Assembly: GCA_037444305.1 (NCBI GenBank)
Contig: JBBIMP010000011.1
Span: 54,787 to 118,786 of the forward strand
Reading direction: 5' to 3'
Length of the DNA: 64,000 bases
DNA from: Acidobacteriota bacterium
GTDB lineage: Bacteria; Acidobacteriota; UBA6911
The position numbers and the translations under genes are program-made. Shown here one piece after another: positions 38,916 to 48,772 of the stretch. Every line of letters begins with the position of its first letter. Positions within the stretch are counted from its first letter, which is position 1. The notes under the pieces are model-generated. The model saw nothing but the letters and a program-made list of their open reading frames with translations. It ran no database searches and was not told the origin of the DNA.

Positions 38916-41000
38916 ATGGCTACGGTGGGCGGGACATCATTTCGGGGTATGCAGGGGCTGGCGAGCAGGATTCACCTGGTGATCCCGGTGGCGGTGATGG
39001 GGATTCTCCTCGTGATGACCCTCCCGATGCCGACAATCCTGATGGATCTGCTCATCAGCCTGAACATCACCCTTTCGATCATCATCCTGCTGGTCTCGAT
39101 GTATATCCTGAGACCGGTCAGTTTCTCGGTCTTCCCCTCGCTGCTCCTGATCATCACCCTTTTCCGGCTGGCGCTTAACGTAGCCAGCACGCGGTTGATT
39201 CTGCTCAACGGGGCTACCGGAGAGGATGCCGCGGGCCGGGTCATCCAGTCGTTCGGCCAGTTTGTGGTCGGGGGCAATTACCTGGTCGGGATCATCGTGT
39301 TTCTGGTGCTGATCGGCATCCAGTACATCGTCATCAACCACGGGGCGGTGCGCATCTCCGAAGTCACCGCACGGTTCACGCTCGATGCCATGCCCGGGAA
39401 ACAGATGAGCATCGACGCGGACCTGAACGCGGGCCTCATCGATGAGAATCAGGCCCGGGCGCGGCGCGAGCAGATATCGCGGGAGGCGGAGTTCTACGGT
39501 GCGATGGACGGTGCGATCCGGTTCACGAGCCGGGACGCCGTGGCCTCGATCCTGATCACGGGGATCAACATCATCGGCGGCCTGCTGATCGGTGTCCTCC
39601 AGTTCGACATGGGGCTGGCGGATGCTGCAAAGCGTTTCACGATCCTGACGATCGGCGATGGCCTGGTGACGGCGATACCCTCGCTGCTGATCTCCGTGGC
39701 CGGCGGCATCATCACCACCCGGGCGGCCTCCGAATCGAATCTCGGCGAGGAGGTAGCGACGCAGTTGTTCCGCAATCCTATTCCGGTGGCCATCGGGGCG
39801 GCCTTCCTTTTTCTCATCGGCCTGGTGCCCGGACTCCCGGCGATGCCCTTTTTCCTGCTCTCGGCCGTCACCGGCCTGGTGGCCTACCAGACGCGGCAGG
39901 CCCGGACGACCGAGCAGGTGCAGCTCGAGAAGCAGATCGCGGAAAAAACGGAGGCCGAGAAGGCCGGTGAACGCATCGAGCGGCTGCTGAGGGTGGATCC
40001 GCTGGGCCTGGAGGTGGGGTACGGACTCATCCGCTTCGTGGATGCCAGCCAGGGGGGCGACTTCCTGAACCGGATCAAATCCATCCGGCGCCAGATAGCG
40101 CTCGACCTGGGCATTGTGATTCCTCCGGTTCATATAACCGACAACCTCCAGCTGGATGCGCGCTCCTACTCCATTCTGCTGAAAGGGGTGGAGATCGCGC
40201 GCGGCGACCTGGTGCCGGAGCACTACCTCGCCATCAATCCGGGGACTGCCCGCGAGGAGATCGCAGGCACGGTGACCCAGGAGCCGGCGTTCGGCCTGGA
40301 GGCCCGCTGGATCCTGGCGGCGGAACGCGAGCGGGCCCAGGTCGCGGGTTACACCGTGGTGGATCCCACGACGGTGCTGGCGACACACCTCTCGGAACTG
40401 GTCAAGACCCACGCGCACGAGCTCCTGGGACGGCAGGAGACCAAGGCGCTCCTGGACGCCGTCGCCGAGACCCACCCGAAGGTCGTGGAGGAACTGATCC
40501 CCAAGGTCCTCTCCCTGGGCGACGTGCAGAAGGTGCTGCAGAACCTCCTCAAGGAGCGGGTCTCGATTCGCGACGCCGTCACGATTTTCGAAACGCTGGC
40601 GGATTACGGCACGATGACCAAAAACGTGAACATTCTCACCGAGTACTGCCGGCAGGCGCTCGGCCGCTTTATCTGCAGGCAGTACCAGAACGAACGGAAC
40701 GAGCTCCTGGTGTTCACGCTCAGTCCCGAAATCGAAAAGAACATCGCCGATGCGATCGTGCACACCGAGCAGGGATCCTACCTCGCGCTGGATCCCCGAA
40801 TGGCCAAAGACACCATGCTCCGCATCCGGCGCACGGTGGACGGCGCCGCGGCGGGCCGCAATCCCGTGGTGATCTGTTCGGCCAATGTCCGCATGTACGT
40901 CCGGCAGCTCCTCGAGCGGTATCTCCCGGGGGCTGCGATCCTTTCACACAACGAAATACCTCCGAACCTGCAGGTGACGCCGGTCGGAATGGTCAGCTAG
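38916..41000 (+). CDS. flhA: Flagellar export protein FlhA
   Basis: LFRLALNVASTR, ARFTLDAMPGKQMSIDADL, FYGAMDGA, TIGDGLV. Confidence 0.97.
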   Translation: MATVGGTSFRGMQGLASRIHLVIPVAVMGILLVMTLPMPTILMDLLISLNITLSIIILLVSMYILRPVSFSVFPSLLLIITLFRLALNVASTRLILLNGATGEDAAGRVIQSFGQFVVGGNYLVGIIVFLVLIGIQYIVINHGAVRISEVTARFTLDAMPGKQMSIDADLNAGLIDENQARARREQISREAEFYGAMDGAIRFTSRDAVASILITGINIIGGLLIGVLQFDMGLADAAKRFTILTIGDGLVTAIPSLLISVAGGIITTRAASESNLGEEVATQLFRNPIPVAIGAAFLFLIGLVPGLPAMPFFLLSAVTGLVAYQTRQARTTEQVQLEKQIAEKTEAEKAGERIERLLRVDPLGLEVGYGLIRFVDASQGGDFLNRIKSIRRQIALDLGIVIPPVHITDNLQLDARSYSILLKGVEIARGDLVPEHYLAINPGTAREEIAGTVTQEPAFGLEARWILAAERERAQVAGYTVVDPTTVLATHLSELVKTHAHELLGRQETKALLDAVAETHPKVVEELIPKVLSLGDVQKVLQNLLKERVSIRDAVTIFETLADYGTMTKNVNILTEYCRQALGRFICRQYQNERNELLVFTLSPEIEKNIADAIVHTEQGSYLALDPRMAKDTMLRIRRTVDGAAAGRNPVVICSANVRMYVRQLLERYLPGAAILSHNEIPPNLQVTPVGMVS

Positions 41001-41013
41001 CGGGTGAGCCCGG

Positions 41014-42207
41014 ATGAAGATCAAGACTTTCTACGCAGCGAACATGGCTGAGGCGCTCCAACTGGTGAAACGTGAATTTGGCAGCGACGCGCTGATCCTT
41101 TCCTCGAAGGAGTCGGCGAAGCGATCCGTGTTCGGGCTGCCGGGAAGTGCGGGAGTCGAGGTGGTGGCAGCCGTCGACACCGCCACGGATCGTGTGGCAG
41201 ACCGCTGCGAGGTCGCCAAGGGAGGGGTGGAGGCGGGAGACGCGGTTTCCGCGGCCGTCCTTGCCGGGAGCGAAATCCCAGGCCGGGGAGTCTACTCGCC
41301 TTCCTTGCTGGCGCGGAGCAGGAGTGCGCGGCAGCGGGCGGTGCAGCTGGACGGCGAGTACAACGAAATGCGCCGCATGCTGTACTCGCTCACGCGGCCG
41401 GCCGCGCTCACGCCGGCGATGTTTGCCGATGTAGTCGCCTACGAAGTCTACCAGGACATGGTTTCGAACGAGGTCAACGACTGGCTGGCCTACAAGCTGA
41501 TCGATGAAGCGCAGCGGGAGCTGCCGGAAGCGGACCGGAAGGAGCGAGCCAAGCTCTCCCGGTCGGTGAATTGCGCAGCCCGCAAACTCGTGGCCCGTTC
41601 TCCGCACGGCGACGGCCTGCCGGGCAAGCGGGTTGTCGCCCTGCTCGGGCCCACGGGTGTCGGCAAGACCACCGCCATCGCGAAACTGGGGGCGCGCCTG
41701 GCCCTCGAGCAGAAAAAGAAGGTCATGCTCGTGACGCTCGATTCCAACCGCATCGGCGCGGCGGAGCAGCTCAAGACGTATGCGGGGCTCATGGGTCTTC
41801 CTTTCCGGGCGCTGCAGCATGGCGCCGAACTGGCGGAACTCGTGCGGGAGCAGGCCCAGCGCGACTATATCCTCGTCGACACGGCCGGCCGGAACCAGCG
41901 CGATACCGCCGCGGTGGGGGAGCTGTCCGACGCGCTGCAGGATTCGCTGGGCATCGAGCGCCACCTGGTTCTGAGCGCGACCACGAAAGCCGTCGATATG
42001 CAGGAAATCGTCGACCGCTTCGGCGTGTGCGGGCCCGATCACCTGCTGTTCACGAAGCTGGACGAGACCTCGACGTTCGGCCCGATCTTCAACGAGCTGG
42101 TGCGGACCCGGAAGCCGCTGTCCTACCTGTCCGACGGCCAGCGGGTGCCCGAAGACCTGCACGCGGTCCGGGGTGAGCAATTCGTCGACATCATCTTCAA
42201 TCCCTGA
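41014..42207 (+). CDS. flhF: Flagellar SRP-type GTPase FlhF
   Basis: MKIKTF.A..M.EAL, GPTGVGKTT, DTAGR, TKLDET, GQRVPEDL. Confidence 0.95.
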   Translation: MKIKTFYAANMAEALQLVKREFGSDALILSSKESAKRSVFGLPGSAGVEVVAAVDTATDRVADRCEVAKGGVEAGDAVSAAVLAGSEIPGRGVYSPSLLARSRSARQRAVQLDGEYNEMRRMLYSLTRPAALTPAMFADVVAYEVYQDMVSNEVNDWLAYKLIDEAQRELPEADRKERAKLSRSVNCAARKLVARSPHGDGLPGKRVVALLGPTGVGKTTAIAKLGARLALEQKKKVMLVTLDSNRIGAAEQLKTYAGLMGLPFRALQHGAELAELVREQAQRDYILVDTAGRNQRDTAAVGELSDALQDSLGIERHLVLSATTKAVDMQEIVDRFGVCGPDHLLFTKLDETSTFGPIFNELVRTRKPLSYLSDGQRVPEDLHAVRGEQFVDIIFNP

Positions 42208-42223
42208 AGAACAGGAGAGTCCA

Positions 42224-43150
42224 TTGAAAACCACGCGGAAGCTGAATTCATCGCACCCATCACCGGGAGCCAGGATTGACGGGACCGCTCCCGCAATCGG
42301 AGCCGAGCCGCGGAAGGTGCACGCACCCAGAAAATCTGTTCGCGAGCGGAAGACGCGCGTGCTGGCGGTAACCAGCGGAAAAGGCGGCGTGGGTAAGACC
42401 AACGTCGTGGCCAATATGGCCGTCACCCTTTCGGACATGGGGAAGAAGGTGGTGGTGCTGGACGCCGATTTCGGGCTGGCCAACCTCGATGTACTCCTGG
42501 GGCTTACCCCGAGATACCACCTCGGCCATGTGCTGTTCGGCAACAAAACCCTGGCGGAGATCATGGTTCAGGGACCCAAGGGGATACAGATCATCCCGGC
42601 AAGTTCCGGCCTGCAGCGGCTTGCCGACCTCACCGTGGCGCAGCGCAATTTCCTCGTGGAGAGCTTCGCCGAGCTGGATGCCGATACCGATTACTTCATC
42701 ATCGACACGGCGGCAGGCATATCGAGCAATGTGCTCCACTTCCTGCTGGCGGCTCACGAGGTGATCGTGGTGAGCGCCCCCGAGCCGACGGCCATTGTGG
42801 ATGCCTACGCCCTGATCAAGATCCTCCTGGGCGAGCAGCAGGACAAGCTCATCCGCGTCCTGATCAACTCCACCCAGTCCGAGGAAGAAGCCCGAGAGGT
42901 ATTCCGGCAGATCAACTCCGTGGTCCGGCGCTTCCTCGACCGCGAGGTCCTTTACCTCGGCCACGTGGAGCGCGATCCGCACGTGCTGCAGGCAATCAAG
43001 AGCCAGGTCCTGGTCACCCACTACTACCCTTCGGCGCCGGCCAGCAGGTCTTTCCGCCGGATCACCCGCAGCCTGCTCGCCGACGGTGCCTCCCCGGCAG
43101 CGGAGGACGGCCTGGTGTGGGAGAGGTTCCTGAATGACTGGATCAACTGA
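42224..43150 (+). CDS. flhG: MinD-like flagellar number regulator FlhG/FleN
   Basis: SGKGGVGKT, DADFGLAN, DTAAG, PEPTAIVDAYALIK; probable TTG start after AGGAG. Confidence 0.92.
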   Translation: MKTTRKLNSSHPSPGARIDGTAPAIGAEPRKVHAPRKSVRERKTRVLAVTSGKGGVGKTNVVANMAVTLSDMGKKVVVLDADFGLANLDVLLGLTPRYHLGHVLFGNKTLAEIMVQGPKGIQIIPASSGLQRLADLTVAQRNFLVESFAELDADTDYFIIDTAAGISSNVLHFLLAAHEVIVVSAPEPTAIVDAYALIKILLGEQQDKLIRVLINSTQSEEEAREVFRQINSVVRRFLDREVLYLGHVERDPHVLQAIKSQVLVTHYYPSAPASRSFRRITRSLLADGASPAAEDGLVWERFLNDWIN

Positions 43151-43276
43151 GGTTTCTCGAAGGCAATGGCAGATCTTCCCATGCCCGCGGACGTGAAGCG
43201 ATATCGAGCCGATTGAATAGCCCGCAAGGCGCGCCAGCAAAGCGCGGCCCCGCCTTGCCTGTCCAGAGGTGACGTC

Positions 43277-44050
43277 ATGCAAGAAGTTGCACGCCGAGCA
43301 AAAACGTACGATGCGAGGGCCTCGCAGGATGCTGCGCGGGAGCAGCTCATCCTCGAGCACCTGCCCCAGATCAAATACATTGCCCACCGCATCTCCACCA
43401 AGCTCCCATCGCACGTCGAGCTGAACGACCTGGTGAGCGCCGGTGTGCTGGGACTGATGGACGCGGTCGAAAAGTTCGATCCTTCCCGCGGAGTCAAATT
43501 CAAGACCTATGCCGAGCTGCGGGTCAAGGGCGCCATCCTCGACAGTCTCCGGAACCTGGACTGGGCGCCCCGCTCTCTGCGGAAACGCAGCAAGGACCTG
43601 GAAAAAACCTACAAGGACCTGGAGCAGCGCCTCGGCAGGCCGGCGGCCGACAAGGAGGTCGCCGACCAGATGGGGATTCCGCTCGAGGAGTTCTTCGAGC
43701 TGATCGACCAGATCAAGGGGCTGCACCTCGGAAGTTTTCACGAGATGGCCTCCCAAGAGAATGACCGCAATGCCGAGCCGCTGATCAAGTACATCCCCGA
43801 TTCGCCGCAGATGGACCCGTTCTACCTCTTTCACAAATCGGAGATCCGAACCCTGCTGTCGGGGGCCATCGAGGCACTGCCCAAAAAGGAGCGCCTCGTC
43901 GTCTCCCTCTACTACTACGACGAGCTGACCATGAAGGAGATCGGGCGGGTCCTGGGGGTCAATGAATCCCGCGTCTCGCAGCTTCACACCAAGGCCATGC
44001 TCAGGCTGCGGACCAAGCTGCGCAAGGTCCGGGAAGACGAGCACTGCTGA
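43277..44050 (+). CDS. fliA: RNA polymerase sigma28 factor FliA
   Basis: DLVSAG..GL, KFKTYA..R..GAILD.LR.LDW.PRS, LTMKEIG.VL...ESRVSQLH. Confidence 0.96.
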   Translation: MQEVARRAKTYDARASQDAAREQLILEHLPQIKYIAHRISTKLPSHVELNDLVSAGVLGLMDAVEKFDPSRGVKFKTYAELRVKGAILDSLRNLDWAPRSLRKRSKDLEKTYKDLEQRLGRPAADKEVADQMGIPLEEFFELIDQIKGLHLGSFHEMASQENDRNAEPLIKYIPDSPQMDPFYLFHKSEIRTLLSGAIEALPKKERLVVSLYYYDELTMKEIGRVLGVNESRVSQLHTKAMLRLRTKLRKVREDEHC

Positions 44051-44061
44051 ATCGAGAGGCC

Positions 44062-45042
44062 ATGATGGAAAAGATCCTTTCACAAGACGAGATCAACGCG
44101 CTGTTCTCGACGATGGCATCCGAGGGCGCCGCTTTCGGGGATAACTCCGAGGGAGGAGCGGGAGTGCCCCGGCAGGTCTCCCGGTACGACTTCTGCCGCT
44201 CGGACAGGGTGGCCAAGGATCAGATCCGTTCCCTTCACGCCATTCACACCGGCCTGGCGCGCTGCCTCTCGGCATCGCTCTCGGCCTACCTCCGGAGCGT
44301 AGTGGAAGTGAACCTGCTCTCGGTGGACCAGGTGGCCTATGCGGAGTTCCTCAAACTGGTCTCCGATCCTACGCTGATCTGCAGCGTGGGCATGCAGCCG
44401 ATGCACGGCAGCCTGGCCCTGGAGGTGAATCCCGCACTGACCTTTCCGATGATCGACATTCTCCTGGGCGGGCCGGGAAACCCAGCCGCCGAAAACAGGG
44501 CCCTGACGGAGATCGAGATGCACATCGTGGAAGCCGTCACGCGTCTCATCCTGAGGGACCTGAAGGAGGCCTGGCGGCCCGTGGTGGAACTGGATCCGCG
44601 GATGGAAGCGATGGAAACCAAGCCGCAGATGCTCCAGCTGGTCGCGCCCTCGGAGGCCGTCGTGTCCATTGGCTTCGAAGTCAAGCTTGCGGAGAACACC
44701 GGGATGCTCCACCTCTGCATCCCCTCCGTCATGCTGAAGGTCAACCGCTCCAAGTTCGACCAGCAGCGGCAACAGCGCACCAGCGAGACCAACCGCCGGG
44801 ACTGCGCACGCATCGGGGAACTGGTGCGGGATGCCCGCGTGAAGCTCTCCGGAGTCCTGAAGGAAAGCAATCTGCTCGTGGAGGATCTTCTGACCTTCTC
44901 GGCCGGCGATGTGATCCAGCTCAACCAGCGGCTGGGCGACCCGGTGCTCGTGAGCGTGGGCGGCCGGGCAAAGTTCCTGGCCCGTATCGTCGTACGGCGC
45001 GGCAAGAAGGCCCTGGAGATCACCCAACGGTATAACTCTTAA
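44062..45042 (+). CDS. fliM: Flagellar motor switch protein FliM
   Basis: ILSQDEINAL CheY-binding peptide, YDF, LLGG, LT.IE. Confidence 0.93.
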   Translation: MMEKILSQDEINALFSTMASEGAAFGDNSEGGAGVPRQVSRYDFCRSDRVAKDQIRSLHAIHTGLARCLSASLSAYLRSVVEVNLLSVDQVAYAEFLKLVSDPTLICSVGMQPMHGSLALEVNPALTFPMIDILLGGPGNPAAENRALTEIEMHIVEAVTRLILRDLKEAWRPVVELDPRMEAMETKPQMLQLVAPSEAVVSIGFEVKLAENTGMLHLCIPSVMLKVNRSKFDQQRQQRTSETNRRDCARIGELVRDARVKLSGVLKESNLLVEDLLTFSAGDVIQLNQRLGDPVLVSVGGRAKFLARIVVRRGKKALEITQRYNS

Positions 45043-45064
45043 CACCCATGTAGCGAGGATCAGC

Positions 45065-45991
45065 GTGAATCAAGAAACGGAGTACAGGGACGTGCAAGGG
45101 ATCGAGAAGGCGGCATCGGATCTGGCGCGGGCGATCGCCGCAGGCCTGGCAGGTGCCGCCCAGGATGCCACTCAGATCGAGGCCTCCGCATCCTGCCTGC
45201 GGCTCGAGAGGTCGGGTTTGCGCGAGGTGCTGCTCCTCCAGCCCGCGGTGGCCGTCGAGCTGCAGTTTCACAAGGGGCTGCAAGGCGGCGCGATCTTTCT
45301 GATCGAGCGGAGCGAACTCCTGCGCCTGGCCAGGCTTATCGGCGGTCTCGAGGAAGCGGAGAACTTCGACCCGGCCGTGACCGAGGCATGCCTGCAGTAT
45401 TTCACCGATGCGCTGGACAAGGCGCGGACAGGCTTCTCCGGAGCTGCACCCGGAGGTTTTGCCGCCGGCAGTCCGCGGCTGGTCAACCCGGACGGCGGCG
45501 AAGAGCGCCTGAATCCCTTCATGGAAGCCTACCAGGACGGCCTCTGCGCCACGCTCCAGCTGAGCGTGGATTCCAATCCCGAGTTCCTTATGCGCGCGGT
45601 CTTCGACCGGGCCGCCACGATGTCGCTGGCGCAGGCGGGGGCGCAGGGCGCGCGGTCCAGGGCGGCCAAGGCGCAGAGCGCCGGTCACGGCCGGGCTGCC
45701 GGCGGGAGAGGCTCCGATAACGCCTACCCCAAGTGGAACATGGACCTCATTCTGGATGTAGAGCTGGGTGTCATCGTGGCCTTCGGCGAGGCCGAGATGC
45801 CGTTGAAGGATGTCCTGAAGCTCGGGATCGGATCCGTGATCGAGCTCGACAAGGGAGTGAACGAGCCGGTAACCGTCATCGTGAACGACAAGCCGATCGC
45901 AAAGGGCGAGGTGGTCATGGTGGACGGCAATTACGGAGTGAAGGTGCTTGAGGTCGAAAGCACCGCCGAGCGGATCAGGTCGCTGGGCTAG
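45065..45991 (+). CDS. FliY-like switch protein (divergent N-domain + C-terminal FliN domain)
   Basis: C-terminal NMDLILDVEL..GSVIELDK...EPV...VN...AKGEVV.VD.NYGV; follows fliM. Confidence 0.8.
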   Translation: MNQETEYRDVQGIEKAASDLARAIAAGLAGAAQDATQIEASASCLRLERSGLREVLLLQPAVAVELQFHKGLQGGAIFLIERSELLRLARLIGGLEEAENFDPAVTEACLQYFTDALDKARTGFSGAAPGGFAAGSPRLVNPDGGEERLNPFMEAYQDGLCATLQLSVDSNPEFLMRAVFDRAATMSLAQAGAQGARSRAAKAQSAGHGRAAGGRGSDNAYPKWNMDLILDVELGVIVAFGEAEMPLKDVLKLGIGSVIELDKGVNEPVTVIVNDKPIAKGEVVMVDGNYGVKVLEVESTAERIRSLG

Positions 45992-46020
45992 GAAAAGAAA
46001 CCGGAGGTTCGGGAGCTGAC

Positions 46021-46258
46021 ATGACACCTGTAGAAACAAAGCTGATGAGCCTGGAGGAGGTAGCGAAGAATGCGGGGGACCTGCCGTCCTTTCCGGCGAC
46101 GGCCTTCAAGGCAATGCAGATGAGCGAAGATCCCCAGGTCACGGCGCGTGACCTGCAGGCGGTCATCGCGAGGGATCAGGCTCAGCCCCCTGGATGTCGA
46201 GCAACTGGCTGCCGAAGCCGCGACCATGATTAAAAACCTGTCGGGCATGGAGGGGTAG
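46021..46258 (+). pseudogene. HDOD-domain protein remnant (internal deletion with frameshift)
   Basis: GGAGG/GGAG RBS, LPSFP...KAM....DP......L..VI.RDQA HDOD start, then an out-of-frame tail LSPLDVEQLAAEAATMIKNLSGMEG*. Confidence 0.65.
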
Positions 46259-46294
46259 CGGGCTCCCCTTCGCGCTCCTGCCGAGGACGTGACC

Positions 46295-46795
46295 ATGGAT
46301 TTGTCAAACCCGATCATCGCCGGCCCCGTGATTGCGCTTTCAGCCAGTGCCGTGGGGCTTGTCGCTCTCCACTGGTTCTGGCAGCGGCGCTTTCAGCGGC
46401 TGCAGCGGCAGCTCTCCAGGAGCGCCGAGGACATGCTGCAGATGGCGGAACTCCAGGTGGATGCCTACAAGCGTTTCAGCCGCCACCTGGCAGAGGTCGA
46501 GGATAGGCTATTCCACCTCGCCGTTCCGTCCGCCGACTCCCCACTGCCACTGGGCCGCAGGCACCAGGTGGTAACTCTTGCCAAAAAGGGGCTGGGCGCC
46601 GAGGAGATCGCGGACCGGCTGAAGATGCCGAGGGGCGAAGCGGAATTGATCCTGAACCTGCGGCGGTTCATGGACACCAGGGCGGCGGATTCGCCGCCCG
46701 ACTGCGGGTTGCGAGTCGGCCTGCGGTGCAGGGAAGGGGCGCCGGGGATTCCGGCAGCAACCATAACGGCACCGGCCCAGGCGGGACGGACCTGA
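46295..46795 (+). CDS. Membrane-anchored protein with C-terminal HTH-like motif (DUF2802/DUF6115-like)
   Basis: N-terminal TM, coiled coil, LAKKG...EEIA.RL....GEAELIL.L. Confidence 0.65.
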   Translation: MDLSNPIIAGPVIALSASAVGLVALHWFWQRRFQRLQRQLSRSAEDMLQMAELQVDAYKRFSRHLAEVEDRLFHLAVPSADSPLPLGRRHQVVTLAKKGLGAEEIADRLKMPRGEAELILNLRRFMDTRAADSPPDCGLRVGLRCREGAPGIPAATITAPAQAGRT

Positions 46796-46920
46796 AACCG
46801 GGCAACGGTTGCCAGCCAAAATAGGCAAAAGCTGCCGGCCGGTATCGGGTTTTTGACGCAAGCTTGAGCGTTTGATCTGGAAGATGTTGACTGAAATAGG
46901 GTTAATCGCTTGGTGATCAT

Positions 46921-46936
46921 TGGCACAAATCTTGCT
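46921..46936 (+). promoter_or_regulatory. Sigma54 promoter for the flgF operon
   Basis: TGGCACAAATCTTGCT (GG-N10-GC). Confidence 0.82.
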
Positions 46937-46993
46937 AGACCATAGTGGATTCGCAAAGCTGGCCCGGCAATCCCCGGACGATTGCGAGGAAAA

Positions 46994-47728
46994 ATGAACA
47001 ACGGCATCCATGTCGCCTATTCGGGAATGAAGGCCCAGATGGAGGCGCTGGACCTGCTCGCCAACAATCTGGCGAATGTAAACACTGCCGGCTTCAAAGA
47101 GCAGCGGACCTTCTTCAGCCTGATGAACCAGACTATCGGGGATGCCGGTGGACAGACGCCGGGAGGTGCGGCGAATGGCCGGGTGAAGATCTCGGAGGGC
47201 GGCCTGAACCTGCAGGACGGGTTGCTGCGCGAGACGGGGCGGGACCTGGATGTCGCCCTCGTGGGCGCCGGCTTCCTCACGGTTCAGACCGACCGGGGCA
47301 TGCGCTTCACGCGCAACGGAAACCTCAGGACCGACGCCCGGTCTGTGCTCTGCACCTCGGAAGGGCACCCGGTGCTGGGGGAACAGGGTCCGATAAGACT
47401 CGGTCCGGGGAAGGTCAGCATCACGGAGACCGGCGAGGTCCTGTTGGACAACCAGCCGGTCGAACGGTTGAAGCTGGCCGCCTTCGGCAACGGCGGGGAC
47501 CTGGTGAGGGAGGGCAACTCACTGTTTGCCCCGGCCGGGCCGGGCGCGCAGCCCGCGGCGGCGGATGTGTCCGTGCGCCAGGGCTTTCTCGAGCAGTCCA
47601 ATGTCAACCCCGTACAGGCCACCATTCGGCTGGTGGAGATCATGCGCCACTTTGAAGCCATTCAGAAAAGCCTGAATCTGATGATCAACGATCTGGACGC
47701 CAAAGCCATAGCCAGGCTTGGCCGTTAG
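46994..47728 (+). CDS. flgF: Flagellar basal-body rod protein FlgF
   Basis: ANNLANVNTAGFK, TGRDLDVAL, TRNG, QGFLEQSNVN; precedes flgG. Confidence 0.9.
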   Translation: MNNGIHVAYSGMKAQMEALDLLANNLANVNTAGFKEQRTFFSLMNQTIGDAGGQTPGGAANGRVKISEGGLNLQDGLLRETGRDLDVALVGAGFLTVQTDRGMRFTRNGNLRTDARSVLCTSEGHPVLGEQGPIRLGPGKVSITETGEVLLDNQPVERLKLAAFGNGGDLVREGNSLFAPAGPGAQPAAADVSVRQGFLEQSNVNPVQATIRLVEIMRHFEAIQKSLNLMINDLDAKAIARLGR

Positions 47729-47737
47729 GAGGACCCT

Positions 47738-48526
47738 ATGTTGCGAGCTCTGTACACGGCGGCGAGCGGGATGGAAGCCCAGCAGCTGAACATCGACAAC
47801 ATCGCCCACAACCTGGCGAACATCAACACGACCGGGTTCAAGCAGAGGCGGACGCAGTTCCAGGATTTGCTCTACCAGAACGTCCGCGTACCCGGTACCT
47901 CCGCCACCGCCAGCACGGAAGTGCCCGTGGGACTTCAGATCGGGCTCGGTACCCGGCCGGTGGCGACCGAGATGATTTTCACCCAGGGAGATATCATTTC
48001 TACGAGCAATCCGCTGGACATGGTCATCGAGGGTCAGGGCTTCTTCCAGGTCCGGTTGACCAACGGCCAGATCGCCTACTCGCGCAGCGGCAACTTCCAT
48101 CTGAACAGGGACGGGGCTCTCGTGACCACCGAGGGTGATCTGCTCGACCCGCAGATTACCATTCCGCAGGACCAGGTCGGCATCACCATAGGCGCCGACG
48201 GCACCGTCACCGTGGTCCAGGCCGGCCAGACGCAGCCGCAGCAGGTCGGGCGGATTGAAATCGCGCTCTTCCAGAATCCTGCCGGACTGCAGAGCATCGG
48301 CAAGAATCTCTTCCTGCCGACCCAGGCTTCGGGCGATCCCATTACGGGAACCCCTGGAGAAAACGGGCTCGGCACCATCCTCTCGGGTTTCCTCGAGCAG
48401 TCCAATGTCAGCGTCGTGGAGGAGATGGTGGGCATGATCATGAGCCAGCGGGCCTACGAGGCCAATTCCAAGGTCATCCGCACGGCGGATGAGATGATTA
48501 CGCAGGCCAACAACGTCGTCCGGTAA
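47738..48526 (+). CDS. flgG: Flagellar distal rod protein FlgG
   Basis: MLRALYTAASGM.AQQ, FQDLLYQ, LEQSNVSVVEEM, QRAYEANSK. Confidence 0.96.
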   Translation: MLRALYTAASGMEAQQLNIDNIAHNLANINTTGFKQRRTQFQDLLYQNVRVPGTSATASTEVPVGLQIGLGTRPVATEMIFTQGDIISTSNPLDMVIEGQGFFQVRLTNGQIAYSRSGNFHLNRDGALVTTEGDLLDPQITIPQDQVGITIGADGTVTVVQAGQTQPQQVGRIEIALFQNPAGLQSIGKNLFLPTQASGDPITGTPGENGLGTILSGFLEQSNVSVVEEMVGMIMSQRAYEANSKVIRTADEMITQANNVVR

Positions 48527-48772
48527 GAGTGTGATTTGATGCAAGCTTCGAATTCTCTCCTCAAACCACGCCCCGCCTGTTTCGAAGCGCGGCCTTTTTT
48601 CGGCGCGGAGCCTGCCGGGTCCGCTCCGAAGGCCGGCTTCTCTGCAACGCTTTTCACCCGTGGACAGGAGCGCCTGCCGGCTCAGAAAAATCCCCTTCTG
48701 TCCCGTCCCTTGCTGCCTGAAATGGAGTCCCCCCTCAGTGTGGTTGAGGGGAGGATTCGGAGCTTGCCGATA

